Shown: one piece after another, positions 37,970 through 45,753 of the stretch
Position numbering within the stretch: position 1 is the stretch's first letter
How the letters are laid out: the number at the start of each line of letters is the position of its first letter
The notes under the pieces: generated by a model
What the model was told of the DNA's origin: nothing
The model's input: the letters and a program-made list of their open reading frames with translations, nothing else
The model's database searches: none
Position numbers and translations under genes: made by a program
Source: a virus
Lineage: Duplodnaviria > Caudoviricetes
Reading direction: 5' to 3' (one strand)
Virus record (IMG/VR): IMGVR_UViG_3300009149_000003
Location: 1 to 54,262 of that record
DNA: 54,262 bases

Positions 37970-38370
37970 TGCGGACGCTCGATCTGATACGGTTGGAAGA
38001 GACACAGGAGCACGGGACATTCGGGGCGCTCAAGATAGACGACGTGCTGTTCAGCTGGACGCTGGAGCCGCCGGACCTCGGGAACGTGCGGAAGCGGTCC
38101 TGCATCCCGGTTGGGACCTATCTGTGCCGCCGGTATTCGAGTAAGGCATACCCGGATACATTCGAGGTGACGGGCGTTCCGGGGCGGACGGCGATCCTAT
38201 TCCATTCGGGTAATACGGATGACGATACGGCCGGGTGCATCCTGCTCGGGGACACGCTCGGGAAGCTCAAGGGCAACCGGGCAATCCTGAACAGCGGGCA
38301 GACCTTCCGGCGGTTCCTGGGCGAACTGGCGAGCGAGGATGAGGCAATATTGAAGGTGCGGACATGCTGA
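37969..38370 (+). CDS. Putative endolysin, DUF5675 (L,D-transpeptidase-like) family
   Basis: TFG.L...TLEP...SCIPVGTY...VPGRTAILFHSGNT..DTAGCILLG. Confidence 0.8.
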   Translation: MRTLDLIRLEETQEHGTFGALKIDDVLFSWTLEPPDLGNVRKRSCIPVGTYLCRRYSSKAYPDTFEVTGVPGRTAILFHSGNTDDDTAGCILLGDTLGKLKGNRAILNSGQTFRRFLGELASEDEAILKVRTC

Positions 38371-38741
38371 TCCTAACGATCCTGACCGCGCTCGCCCGCG
38401 GACTGCGTGAGGGCATCGTTATGTGTCAACCAGGCCCGCGTGAGCATGTGGCGTTCTGGTCGTACCACGCGCTCGACTGCGCGGTCCTTGCTGGTATCGC
38501 AGCATTGGCCGTGCAGATCATCCGCCGCCGCCCGCGCTGGCCGTTCATCCTCGGACTGGCCGTCGCCGCATGGGAAGCATTCGAGGTCGGGTACGCCGTC
38601 TCTCGCGGCCTGTACGGGTATGAGCACATCGTTTTCGCTGACATCATATCGGTCACACTCACCGGCTGGCACGTCTATGCGCTTCACACTGCACGGGCTG
38701 TCGCCGCCGGAATACTACTCTACTTCGGGAGGTCAAGATGA
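38364..38741 (+). CDS. Multi-pass membrane protein in the lysis region
   Basis: Three to four hydrophobic segments. Confidence 0.6.
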   Translation: MLILTILTALARGLREGIVMCQPGPREHVAFWSYHALDCAVLAGIAALAVQIIRRRPRWPFILGLAVAAWEAFEVGYAVSRGLYGYEHIVFADIISVTLTGWHVYALHTARAVAAGILLYFGRSR

Positions 38742-39052
38742 GACGTACATGGATTATCACGTTCGCGCTGGTGCTGCTGGCTGCTACGGCGGCACAGGCG
38801 TTTGGTTTTGGCGATGTCAAGGCGTGGCTCAGTAGTACAGCCGTCGCGCTGTTGCTGACGGCCATTCTCGCAATCGGCGTCGTCGGGGCGTTCGTCGCCC
38901 GGTACACCGCCATCGTCGGGGCGTTCGGGTGGTTGCTCGTCGAACTCGACAACGCGGCGAGCGACAAGAAAATCACAAAGGAAGAACTCGCCACGCTCAA
39001 AGCGAAATGGACGGCCGTGCGGGATGCGGTCAAGGCCGCGAAAAATGGCTGA
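38738..39052 (+). CDS. Membrane protein with signal-peptide-like N-terminus (holin/spanin candidate)
   Basis: MRRTWIITFALVLLAATAAQA|F, then a TM segment and DKKITKEE. Confidence 0.55.
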   Translation: MRRTWIITFALVLLAATAAQAFGFGDVKAWLSSTAVALLLTAILAIGVVGAFVARYTAIVGAFGWLLVELDNAASDKKITKEELATLKAKWTAVRDAVKAAKNG

Positions 39053-39242
39053 CGATCCGAAACAGGACAACCGGCCTTGGTGGGCGCTGGCGCGTGTCCA
39101 GGGCCTTGTTGTCATGGCGGCCGGGATCGCCATGCTGTTCAACCCGGTCACGGCTCCACATGCCGGTACGGTTATCGCCGTGGGCGCGGGATGGGCGACG
39201 GGCGGCACGGCATCCAAGCTCGCCCGGAAGATCATCAAATAG
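39045..39242 (+). CDS. Small membrane protein
   Basis: RPWW...two hydrophobic segments. Confidence 0.5.
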   Translation: MADDPKQDNRPWWALARVQGLVVMAAGIAMLFNPVTAPHAGTVIAVGAGWATGGTASKLARKIIK

Positions 39243-39251
39243 GAGTGAACC

Positions 39252-39734
39252 ATGCCCTGGATAGACGAAAACCGAACGAACACCGGGTCACCGACCAAGC
39301 TGGTGATGGATGCAATTACCCCTCCTGATTGGATCGCGACGGGGGGGTACACATCATGCCCGCCGGCGGAAGTGATGGACCCGGAAGGAGCGGGCCCGGC
39401 GGACGAACCTGTAAGCGATCCTTACAAGTTCACAGTGGAGGCGACGTTCGACACCCGTTATGCGCGGCTGCGGGCCGTACTTGACGCGGCGTTCAAGCAG
39501 GCGGCGGAAGGCAAGGGCGAGGAACGGCATGGAGACTCGGAACCCTTCGAGCGGCAACTGTCATGCCGAATCAACAGGCGGCGGCACGGGTTCGCGCTCG
39601 GGCAGGCCGAGAAGAAGATAGACGAATCCGACCGCCTGCCCACCGATGCTCGAATCCGTGAACTTCTCGGGGCAATCAATTTCATCGCCATCGAGATCAT
39701 CACGCTCGAGGACGAAACCCAGGCGGCGGGGTAA
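39252..39734 (+). CDS. Conserved phage helical protein (possible nucleotide pyrophosphohydrolase-like)
   Basis: QAAEGKGEERH...PF..Q...GQAEKKIDES...ELLGAINF pattern. Confidence 0.55.
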   Translation: MPWIDENRTNTGSPTKLVMDAITPPDWIATGGYTSCPPAEVMDPEGAGPADEPVSDPYKFTVEATFDTRYARLRAVLDAAFKQAAEGKGEERHGDSEPFERQLSCRINRRRHGFALGQAEKKIDESDRLPTDARIRELLGAINFIAIEIITLEDETQAAG

Positions 39735-39737
39735 GGG

Positions 39738-40835
39738 ATGTCCGGCAAGCCGCAGTATACGGACGATGAAATACTGGCGCAATTCCGGGCGAACCTCGAC
39801 GCGCTCGGCCATCATGTAAGCGGGAACCAATATGATACTGCGGGCTGCAAGCCGACTCGATGTACCCTTGCACGACGGCTCGGCGGCCGGTGGAAGGACT
39901 GGCTGGCAAAGATCGGGATCGAGCCGCCAGCACCCGTAATCCCGGAAGCTCCCGCCGACCTGCCCGCCCACTTCGATGAACTCACCCGGCAGAATCAATC
40001 CCTCCTCCGCGATATTGAAAAGCTCCGCAACCGTAACCAACTATTCATCGAAACCTGCCTGCCCGCCATTGACCGCTGCTCATTCCGGGCATCTCCGATC
40101 CCGAAGCCTGAGCGCATAAAGCGCGACCAGGGATTTCATTCGATGCAGGGCGATTTCCACATCGGGGAGCGCGTCGATCCCGCATGGGTGCAGGGCGTTG
40201 CCGAATGCAACATGGACATCCTGCTCAATCAGCGATTGCCACGCCTGTGCGAACGCATTATCACTTTCCGCGAACAGGACAAGGCCGCGCTCGGGCTGAA
40301 CAAGCTGGTCGTGCATCTACTCGGTGACATCGTGACCGGGGAACTGATTTTCAAGGGGCAGGCGTACCATATCGACGCCACGCTCATTGACCAGTTACTT
40401 CGGGGCACCGAGGCATATGTCTCATTCTTGTTAGCGCTGGCGGCTCACTTCCCGACAATGCTGGTACAGCACGGCGATTTCGTATTCGCCTTGAACCATA
40501 ATGATAACGTAAAGGGGTGGGCTGGAATCCCCTATTACGGCCTCGACCGCAAGGCGCGGCGCATGGATGGCCTGTACGGGATGCAAATACATTACAAGCT
40601 CGGCGGTCACTTTCACAGTCCCGCCGAATTGAACGACGAAACGCTCCTGAACGGGACGATGATCGGCGGCACCGATCTGTCGGTAAATAAGATGATGGTC
40701 GCCACGCGGCCCTCGCAAAAGATATTCTACCTCGACGACAAGCACGGCATCCACCGGACGACGAACCTGTACCTTGCCGACCGAGTGACGCTGACGCCCG
40801 ATGCGAACGGCATCTTTACGGCGTATTCGACTTGA
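39738..40835 (+). CDS. Calcineurin-like metallophosphoesterase with N-terminal HTH-like repeat, apparently internally deleted
   Basis: GDFHIGE, LGDIVTGE and GGHFH are present; the expected GNH motif is absent. Confidence 0.7.
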   Translation: MSGKPQYTDDEILAQFRANLDALGHHVSGNQYDTAGCKPTRCTLARRLGGRWKDWLAKIGIEPPAPVIPEAPADLPAHFDELTRQNQSLLRDIEKLRNRNQLFIETCLPAIDRCSFRASPIPKPERIKRDQGFHSMQGDFHIGERVDPAWVQGVAECNMDILLNQRLPRLCERIITFREQDKAALGLNKLVVHLLGDIVTGELIFKGQAYHIDATLIDQLLRGTEAYVSFLLALAAHFPTMLVQHGDFVFALNHNDNVKGWAGIPYYGLDRKARRMDGLYGMQIHYKLGGHFHSPAELNDETLLNGTMIGGTDLSVNKMMVATRPSQKIFYLDDKHGIHRTTNLYLADRVTLTPDANGIFTAYST

Positions 40836-40860
40836 CTCAAGTCTCATATTGTAGTATATT
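40832..40860 (+). promoter_or_regulatory. sigma70-type promoter for the HNH gene
   Basis: TTGACT-17bp-TATATT; overlapping 7-bp inverted repeat GACTTGA-C-TCAAGTC (40829-40843). Confidence 0.65.
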
Positions 40861-40866
40861 TTACTA

Positions 40867-40965
40867 TGTGTGTAGTAATAAATACTACGCGGCGGGACAG
40901 CGGTTCGCAACCGTTTCCTGAAATCCCTATAGTAAGGATAACCGCCGCACACAACCCAATAGGGA
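40867..40965 (+). ncRNA. Candidate structured leader RNA
   Basis: Stem GCGGCGG/CCGCCGC with inner hairpins; TCCCTAT (40924-40930) is complementary to ATAGGGA over the RBS (40959-40965). Confidence 0.4.
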
Positions 40966-40972
40966 GGGTGCC

Positions 40973-41500
40973 ATGAATCTCGCTGAAGAGAACTTCCACC
41001 GCCTGCTTGAAACCGGTATGTTCAGCATTGACGATGCTGGAAGAATATGGCGGCATTCAAAGTATTCCTCATGTGGTACAATCTGCCATATCGAACCGAG
41101 ACGCGCCGAATGTAAACACTCATGCGGCTATTTGCACTTAGCAATAGGTGGGCGAAAAGGATTAAGGGCTTATGCCCACAGGGTTATATGGCAACATCTA
41201 AACGGCGAAATACCCGATGGTATGGAAATCAACCACATTAACGGCATCAGAAACGATAATAGACCAGAGAACCTTGAATTGGTTACAAATAGCCAGAACA
41301 AAGTGCATGGGCACCGAGTACTTGGACATTGCATTGGTGAAGCGCATTGGGCCGCAAGGTTGACGGTGGCGAAAGTTAAGGAGATACGAAATCTCGCCAA
41401 AAGTGGAACCACCCATGCAGAACTGGCGCGGCGATATAATGTACGGCGCGAATCAATCCGGGATATTATCGAAAAAAGGAATTGGGCATGGTTGGAATAA
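40973..41500 (+). CDS. Free-standing HNH homing endonuclease with C-terminal HTH
   Basis: AHRVIW...EINHINGIRNDNRPENLE; AT-richer than flanks. Confidence 0.88.
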   Translation: MNLAEENFHRLLETGMFSIDDAGRIWRHSKYSSCGTICHIEPRRAECKHSCGYLHLAIGGRKGLRAYAHRVIWQHLNGEIPDGMEINHINGIRNDNRPENLELVTNSQNKVHGHRVLGHCIGEAHWAARLTVAKVKEIRNLAKSGTTHAELARRYNVRRESIRDIIEKRNWAWLE

Positions 41501-41551
41501 TCGCCGCGGCATCTCGCAGACTTGAACTATCCGGAATTTCCGGATACTTGG

Positions 41552-41575
41552 GCCGTCCTTCGGGGCGGCTTTTTT
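41552..41575 (+). terminator. Intrinsic terminator
   Basis: GCCGTCC-TTCG-GGGCGGC plus T6. Confidence 0.85.
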
Positions 41576-41611
41576 ATTTTCAAAATAATTGGCAAAATGG
41601 GAAAATAATCC

Positions 41612-41640
41612 TTGACATAATGCTGTACCTTATATATATT
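41612..41640 (+). promoter_or_regulatory. Strong sigma70-type promoter
   Basis: TTGACA-17bp-TATATT with A-rich upstream tracts. Confidence 0.8.
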
Positions 41641-41680
41641 ATATCCAGATGACAGAGGAAACCACCCAACGGAGGACACC

Positions 41681-42037
41681 ATGACCATCACCGCTATCAA
41701 GTATGACTACCCGATCAACGGAGCATCCGGGGATACAGTGGCCACCCTGGCCGATGGCCGGAAGGTGACAATCAATACGCAGTATGACTGCGTTGAGCCC
41801 CGTGGCCACCACGCTGATGATTGTGGTATCCGTCGCATGGGCGGCCGTTGCAACTGCCACATGATCGAGGGTATTGATTGTGCGGCCCTCATCCAGGACG
41901 CGATTGCCAATGGCAAATTCGGGCGTCACCCCAAGCCCGAAATCGATGAGGCGACCCGCGAAGCTAACCGCCGTGCCAATGAGGTGGCCGAGAATGAGCA
42001 GTATCGGATAAATCGGGCGTATGACAAGGAGGATTAA
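41681..42037 (+). CDS. Small hypothetical protein (H..DC...C.C)
   Basis: GGAGG RBS; first gene after the promoter. Confidence 0.65.
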   Translation: MTITAIKYDYPINGASGDTVATLADGRKVTINTQYDCVEPRGHHADDCGIRRMGGRCNCHMIEGIDCAALIQDAIANGKFGRHPKPEIDEATREANRRANEVAENEQYRINRAYDKED

Positions 42038-42038
42038 A

Positions 42039-42209
42039 ATGTTTAGCTCGCAGCAGTTTGAGATTATCCCAGCCCTTTGCGGTTCGACGGGCTTGGGATA
42101 TTTCGAGAACGTGTATTCGTGCGTTGACTGTGGCGCACGGGTGACGTCCCGGCATTATGATGACCCGGCCGACACCGAAGATGGCCGGGAAACACATACA
42201 TGCATGTAA
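42039..42209 (+). CDS. Small zinc-binding hypothetical protein
   Basis: AAGGAGG RBS; CVDC...H.C. Confidence 0.6.
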   Translation: MFSSQQFEIIPALCGSTGLGYFENVYSCVDCGARVTSRHYDDPADTEDGRETHTCM

Positions 42210-42244
42210 CCGCCGGGCGACCGGCATACAAGGAGGGCAGGGCC

Positions 42245-42439
42245 ATGTTAACACTCACCAATGATTTCCATCGCACCTACTACCGCACTTGTAAGTCGCG
42301 GACCGAGGTTACCGGCATACTTGACACTGAGCCGACACAGCGCACAGCCGCCGAACGCAGTTGGGTAGCCCGTGTAGCCCGGCGGCTATGCGGTATCCAC
42401 GGTTGTATTTGCGGGCGGAACGAAATCTACGAACGATAA
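42245..42439 (+). CDS. Small hypothetical protein
   Basis: AAGGAGG RBS; TLTNDFH...LCGIHGCICG. Confidence 0.6.
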   Translation: MLTLTNDFHRTYYRTCKSRTEVTGILDTEPTQRTAAERSWVARVARRLCGIHGCICGRNEIYER

Positions 42440-42467
42440 CTCGCCGGGCGACCGGCAGGAGGACACT

Positions 42468-42770
42468 ATGAACTACTGTGCGGCATGTGGCCGTCCGCTC
42501 ACGGGCGGCATCGGGATCGGGGGAGTCCTGTTTGATCGGGACTGCGCCGTAACGGTCGATCTGGAGATAGCCCGGCTCCGGGCAGAGGGCAAGCCGGTGA
42601 ACGTCCGCCACATCGCCCGGCGAATTTTCAACGAGACGAACAACGGCGGGGACTACCTACTCCGCGACATTCCCGCCGACCTGATGGATCGCATGAAGCA
42701 TCGCGCCGTTGATGAGCACGGCACGGTCCGCGACATCCTCATCAAGGCGCTGATGCAATATCTGGCATGA
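42468..42770 (+). CDS. Zinc-finger plus ribbon-helix-helix regulator
   Basis: CAACGRPL...DC N-terminus; YLLRDIPADLMDRMKHRA...TVRDILIKALMQYL RHH pattern. Confidence 0.65.
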   Translation: MNYCAACGRPLTGGIGIGGVLFDRDCAVTVDLEIARLRAEGKPVNVRHIARRIFNETNNGGDYLLRDIPADLMDRMKHRAVDEHGTVRDILIKALMQYLA

Positions 42771-42790
42771 GGCCACTGCACCGGCTCAAG

Positions 42791-42816
42791 GGGCCGTCTT
42801 CGGGCGGCCCTTTTTT
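42791..42816 (+). terminator. Intrinsic terminator
   Basis: GGGCCGTC-TTCG-GGCGGCCC plus T6. Confidence 0.85.
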
Positions 42817-42824
42817 ATGTGCCA

Positions 42825-43040
42825 ACCAGTGTGACAAATCCGCCGGTGTTCACCGTGTATGTACAGGTATCTACGGGTACAAATTGTGACAAATGGTGTC
42901 GACTGAGTATCGCTAATGTGGCTGCATTGTATTGGCATATAAGCGGTTAAATCAGGATATAAATAGTGGCGGCAGGAAATCGTTGAGTTCCTCGTACACC
43001 CTTATTTGACAGGTCTTCACGCGAATCTTTTGTCACATTT
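42825..43040. other. Putative attP with integrase arm-type repeats
   Basis: Non-coding region downstream of int; TGTGACAAAT at 42830 and 42885, inverted TTTGTCACA at 43029. Confidence 0.6.
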
Positions 43041-44053
43041 TATGGCACAAACGGCAAATTTATGCACGGAGTTGCACTATTTTGCGGGTGAGTATATCGC
43101 TCGGTCATTCTGAGCGAGGCGTGGTCTACGGCCGCCTGGACCGCCAATGGGGATGCCCCGGCTTCGAGGGCCATTGTGATGTAGGTATGCCGGAGACTGT
43201 GCAGGTGGTAAGACGCCGACAATCCCGCGCGTTCGCGCGCCACCTTGAAATATCTGGACAGTGACGTGGCGTTGCGGACATGAAACGGGAACCGACCGGG
43301 CAGTGACAAGAAGTGGTTGAAATCATCCATCACCTGCGATGGAATCGAATGCCAACTTTTCGGCCTGTCCCGATGCTTGATGTTCTGAGGCCTGTATTGG
43401 CGTTGGTCCAGGTCCACGTCGGAGCGTTCCAAGCCGACGATCTCGGATACCCGCCGTCCCGTGAATAGCAGAATCCTGCATAGACGTTTGCTGTCGGTAT
43501 CAGGCATGGCCGCGAACAAGGCGCGAAGTTGATCCGGCGTGAGTACTGCGGGACCGGGATCGGGAAACCGCAACCGGCCGCATCGCATGAACGGGTTGAC
43601 CTCTATCGTACCGTCGTCGAACAACCGCTGGAAGATGGCGCGAAGGTAGTTCAATCGGTTATTGACAGTGGCGGGGGCGATTCCACGGGCAAGTTCCCGC
43701 TGCTGGTACGCCGCGACATGCGGACGCCGAGCGATATCCCTCACCGGGTAGGACGCTCCGAGCATATCAATCATCACATTGAGAGCATCCATGTATCGCT
43801 CGATGGACGAGTCCCGCACGTTCTCACGGGCGAGACGGTCTGGTAATGTGTCGTGGAGCCATTCGAGCGATCCCGGGGCATCCTGGGGGCCTTCCTCGGC
43901 CAGCAGGTGACCGGCCATGATGTCATACGCCCGGTCCCGCGTGAAGTCAGCAATCGGGAGCTTGGTGGAGCCGCGGGACCGGAAGCCCGGTGCGGTGAGG
44001 TCATACTGCCAGCACGTAGAGTCGGGGCGGGATCGGATCGTCAGGCGGGGCAT
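43040..44053 (-). CDS. int: Tyrosine integrase
   Basis: TGRRVSEI, HSLRH, VDHAS..MT.RY catalytic residues; SAM-like core-binding domain. Confidence 0.92.
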   Translation of the reverse strand: MPRLTIRSRPDSTCWQYDLTAPGFRSRGSTKLPIADFTRDRAYDIMAGHLLAEEGPQDAPGSLEWLHDTLPDRLARENVRDSSIERYMDALNVMIDMLGASYPVRDIARRPHVAAYQQRELARGIAPATVNNRLNYLRAIFQRLFDDGTIEVNPFMRCGRLRFPDPGPAVLTPDQLRALFAAMPDTDSKRLCRILLFTGRRVSEIVGLERSDVDLDQRQYRPQNIKHRDRPKSWHSIPSQVMDDFNHFLSLPGRFPFHVRNATSLSRYFKVARERAGLSASYHLHSLRHTYITMALEAGASPLAVQAAVDHASLRMTERYTHPQNSATPCINLPFVP

Positions 44054-44295
44054 CAAGTCTTTCCGGGCGCGTCGCCCTCTATGTCCCCGATGGCGAGGTA
44101 GATATCGATGAGGTCCTGCTCGGTCAACTTCTCGCCGGGCATGAGCGGGATCGCCGCAACCGCGCCGCAATACCGGCATGCCTGCGCCTCCTCGCGACCG
44201 GGGAAGAACCAGGTGTAGAGGAACGCCCTGTGACATTCCGTGCAACGGCAATAGCCGGTTATGATTCCGCCGACGATATGCTGCAAACCTGGCAT
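44053..44295 (-). CDS. Small zinc-ribbon protein
   Basis: CTEC...CRYC; TGATG overlaps on both sides. Confidence 0.55.
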   Translation of the reverse strand: MPGLQHIVGGIITGYCRCTECHRAFLYTWFFPGREEAQACRYCGAVAAIPLMPGEKLTEQDLIDIYLAIGDIEGDAPGKT

Positions 44296-44828
44296 CAGGG
44301 AGTCCCGCCCATCTTGAATATTAGAATATCATTGCCACCGATAGTATCAGGTGCGGTGAAAATGCAAACCCCTTCGCTTATTCCAAACAGGTACATAATC
44401 ATAGTACCCATGGATACCATATCCATACTAACGAGTGATGTCCCGGAATATAACCAGAAATCGTATGTATAGTTCACACTGAATCGTTCATCCTCAATCA
44501 TAACAATAGCATATCCACCAGATATTGACATCTCAGAAGCCAATATCGTGTGTACCCATGATTCAATGACTCCCTCTCCCTGTTCTCCTTGCGGCCCGAT
44601 AGGACCCTGTTCCCCCTGGGTTCCCTGTTCGCCGGGTATGCCCTGCTCGCCTTGGGAACCGGTCGCACCCGTCTCCCCCTGGGAACCGGTAACCCCTTGG
44701 TCCCCCCGTTCCCCTTGAATGCCTTGGTCGCCCTGTTCGCCCGAATCGCCCTCAGGTCCCATCGGACCCTCAAGGCATCCAGCACAAAGCACCATCACAA
44801 TGAGAACCATATAACCAATATAGCGCAT
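44295..44828 (-). CDS. Collagen-like lipoprotein
   Basis: [17 protein letters not shown]|C lipobox; about 21 uninterrupted Gly-X-Y triplets; GAGGAGG RBS. Confidence 0.8.
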   Translation of the reverse strand: MRYIGYMVLIVMVLCAGCLEGPMGPEGDSGEQGDQGIQGERGDQGVTGSQGETGATGSQGEQGIPGEQGTQGEQGPIGPQGEQGEGVIESWVHTILASEMSISGGYAIVMIEDERFSVNYTYDFWLYSGTSLVSMDMVSMGTMIMYLFGISEGVCIFTAPDTIGGNDILIFKMGGTP

Positions 44829-44920
44829 AACCCCCTCCTCAGAATACATGTTCGTCCTGCGCCGATCTTCTCTACTTACCCCTACGATGATAGGGAAATA
44901 TTAATTTATATATAGTGCAT

Positions 44921-45316
44921 TTATGCGCCCCCATCCATATATTTTTTCCCGTCTTCTTCCTCGGCAGGCGGGGAAATTTCGCCTTCCGCCATTCTATCTA
45001 TGTATCCCTCCACCCGGCTGAGGTCGCTATCGGTCAACTGGCAGAGATGCACCGTTATTCGCCCAATCATCATGTGGCGGTCTGCCGGTTGTGACCGAAT
45101 GAATGTCGCGACAGAAGCCTCCTCTTCCCCAACTAACCAACCAACCTTGACACCATAATATGCCGCAAGTTTCAGAACAATATCAAGAGTCCCGGACCAA
45201 CCCGGCGCCTCGGCGTTTTTGATAGTCTCCTTGCTGACGCCAGATTCCGCAGCCACCACCTCTCTCGAAAGATGGCGATCATCCCGCAGTTTTTTTAATT
45301 TGGCGTTCATTTCCAT
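44921..45316 (-). CDS. Immunity repressor (XRE HTH)
   Basis: LKKLRDDRHLSREVVAAESGVSKETIKNAE...LAAYYGVKVGWL; divergent from cro. Confidence 0.8.
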   Translation of the reverse strand: MEMNAKLKKLRDDRHLSREVVAAESGVSKETIKNAEAPGWSGTLDIVLKLAAYYGVKVGWLVGEEEASVATFIRSQPADRHMMIGRITVHLCQLTDSDLSRVEGYIDRMAEGEISPPAEEEDGKKYMDGGA

Positions 45317-45450
45317 ACCCCTGAATATCCGCCCGCAAGAAAAAATTGTCAACCCAAAACGCTATATAACAAGTAATTGGGCATCCGCATACAAAAAGTT
45401 TTAAAATAATACTTGACAACGGGGTATGGAATTGTTTTATTGGGTATGTA
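45311..45450. promoter_or_regulatory. Divergent promoters and operators of the lysis/lysogeny switch
   Basis: Minus strand TTGACA(45352-45347)-17-GATATT; plus strand TTGACA(45413-45418)-17-TTTATT; 11-bp inverted repeat TTCCATACCCC (45311) and GGGGTATGGAA (45421). Confidence 0.7.
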
Positions 45451-45510
45451 AGTAGTTCATGACCCGTTAAATATTTACCCCGTCACCCTCCATAGGAGTG
45501 TATACCTGAG

Positions 45511-45753
45511 ATGAAGAATCCCAACTTTCTCCTCAAAATAGCAATCCTCCAGCGGTTCGGGACACAGCGCAAATTCGCCCGGAAAATCCGGGTTCATGAA
45601 TCGATTATCTCCGGCGTGGTAAAGGGCCGTATCAACCTCACCCCGGAAGAACAGGAACAATGGGCGGAGAAACTCGGCTGCACACGCGGCGAAATATTCC
45701 CCGAGGCCGCGAAGTCCGAAATCGCCCTGGTGGACTGCGAGGTGCAACCATGA
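45511..45753 (+). CDS. Cro-like HTH protein
   Basis: FGTQRKFARKIRVHESIISGVVKGR; AGGAG RBS. Confidence 0.75.
   Translation: MKNPNFLLKIAILQRFGTQRKFARKIRVHESIISGVVKGRINLTPEEQEQWAEKLGCTRGEIFPEAAKSEIALVDCEVQP

Noticed and set aside
42940-43020. tRNA gene at attP
   Set aside because: It ends in CCGCCA on the minus strand but has no GTTCRA T-loop or cloverleaf.
44054-44251. N-terminal extension of the integrase in the ORF track
   Set aside because: It overlaps the 44053-44295 gene; ATG 44053 with a TGATG overlap is the better start.
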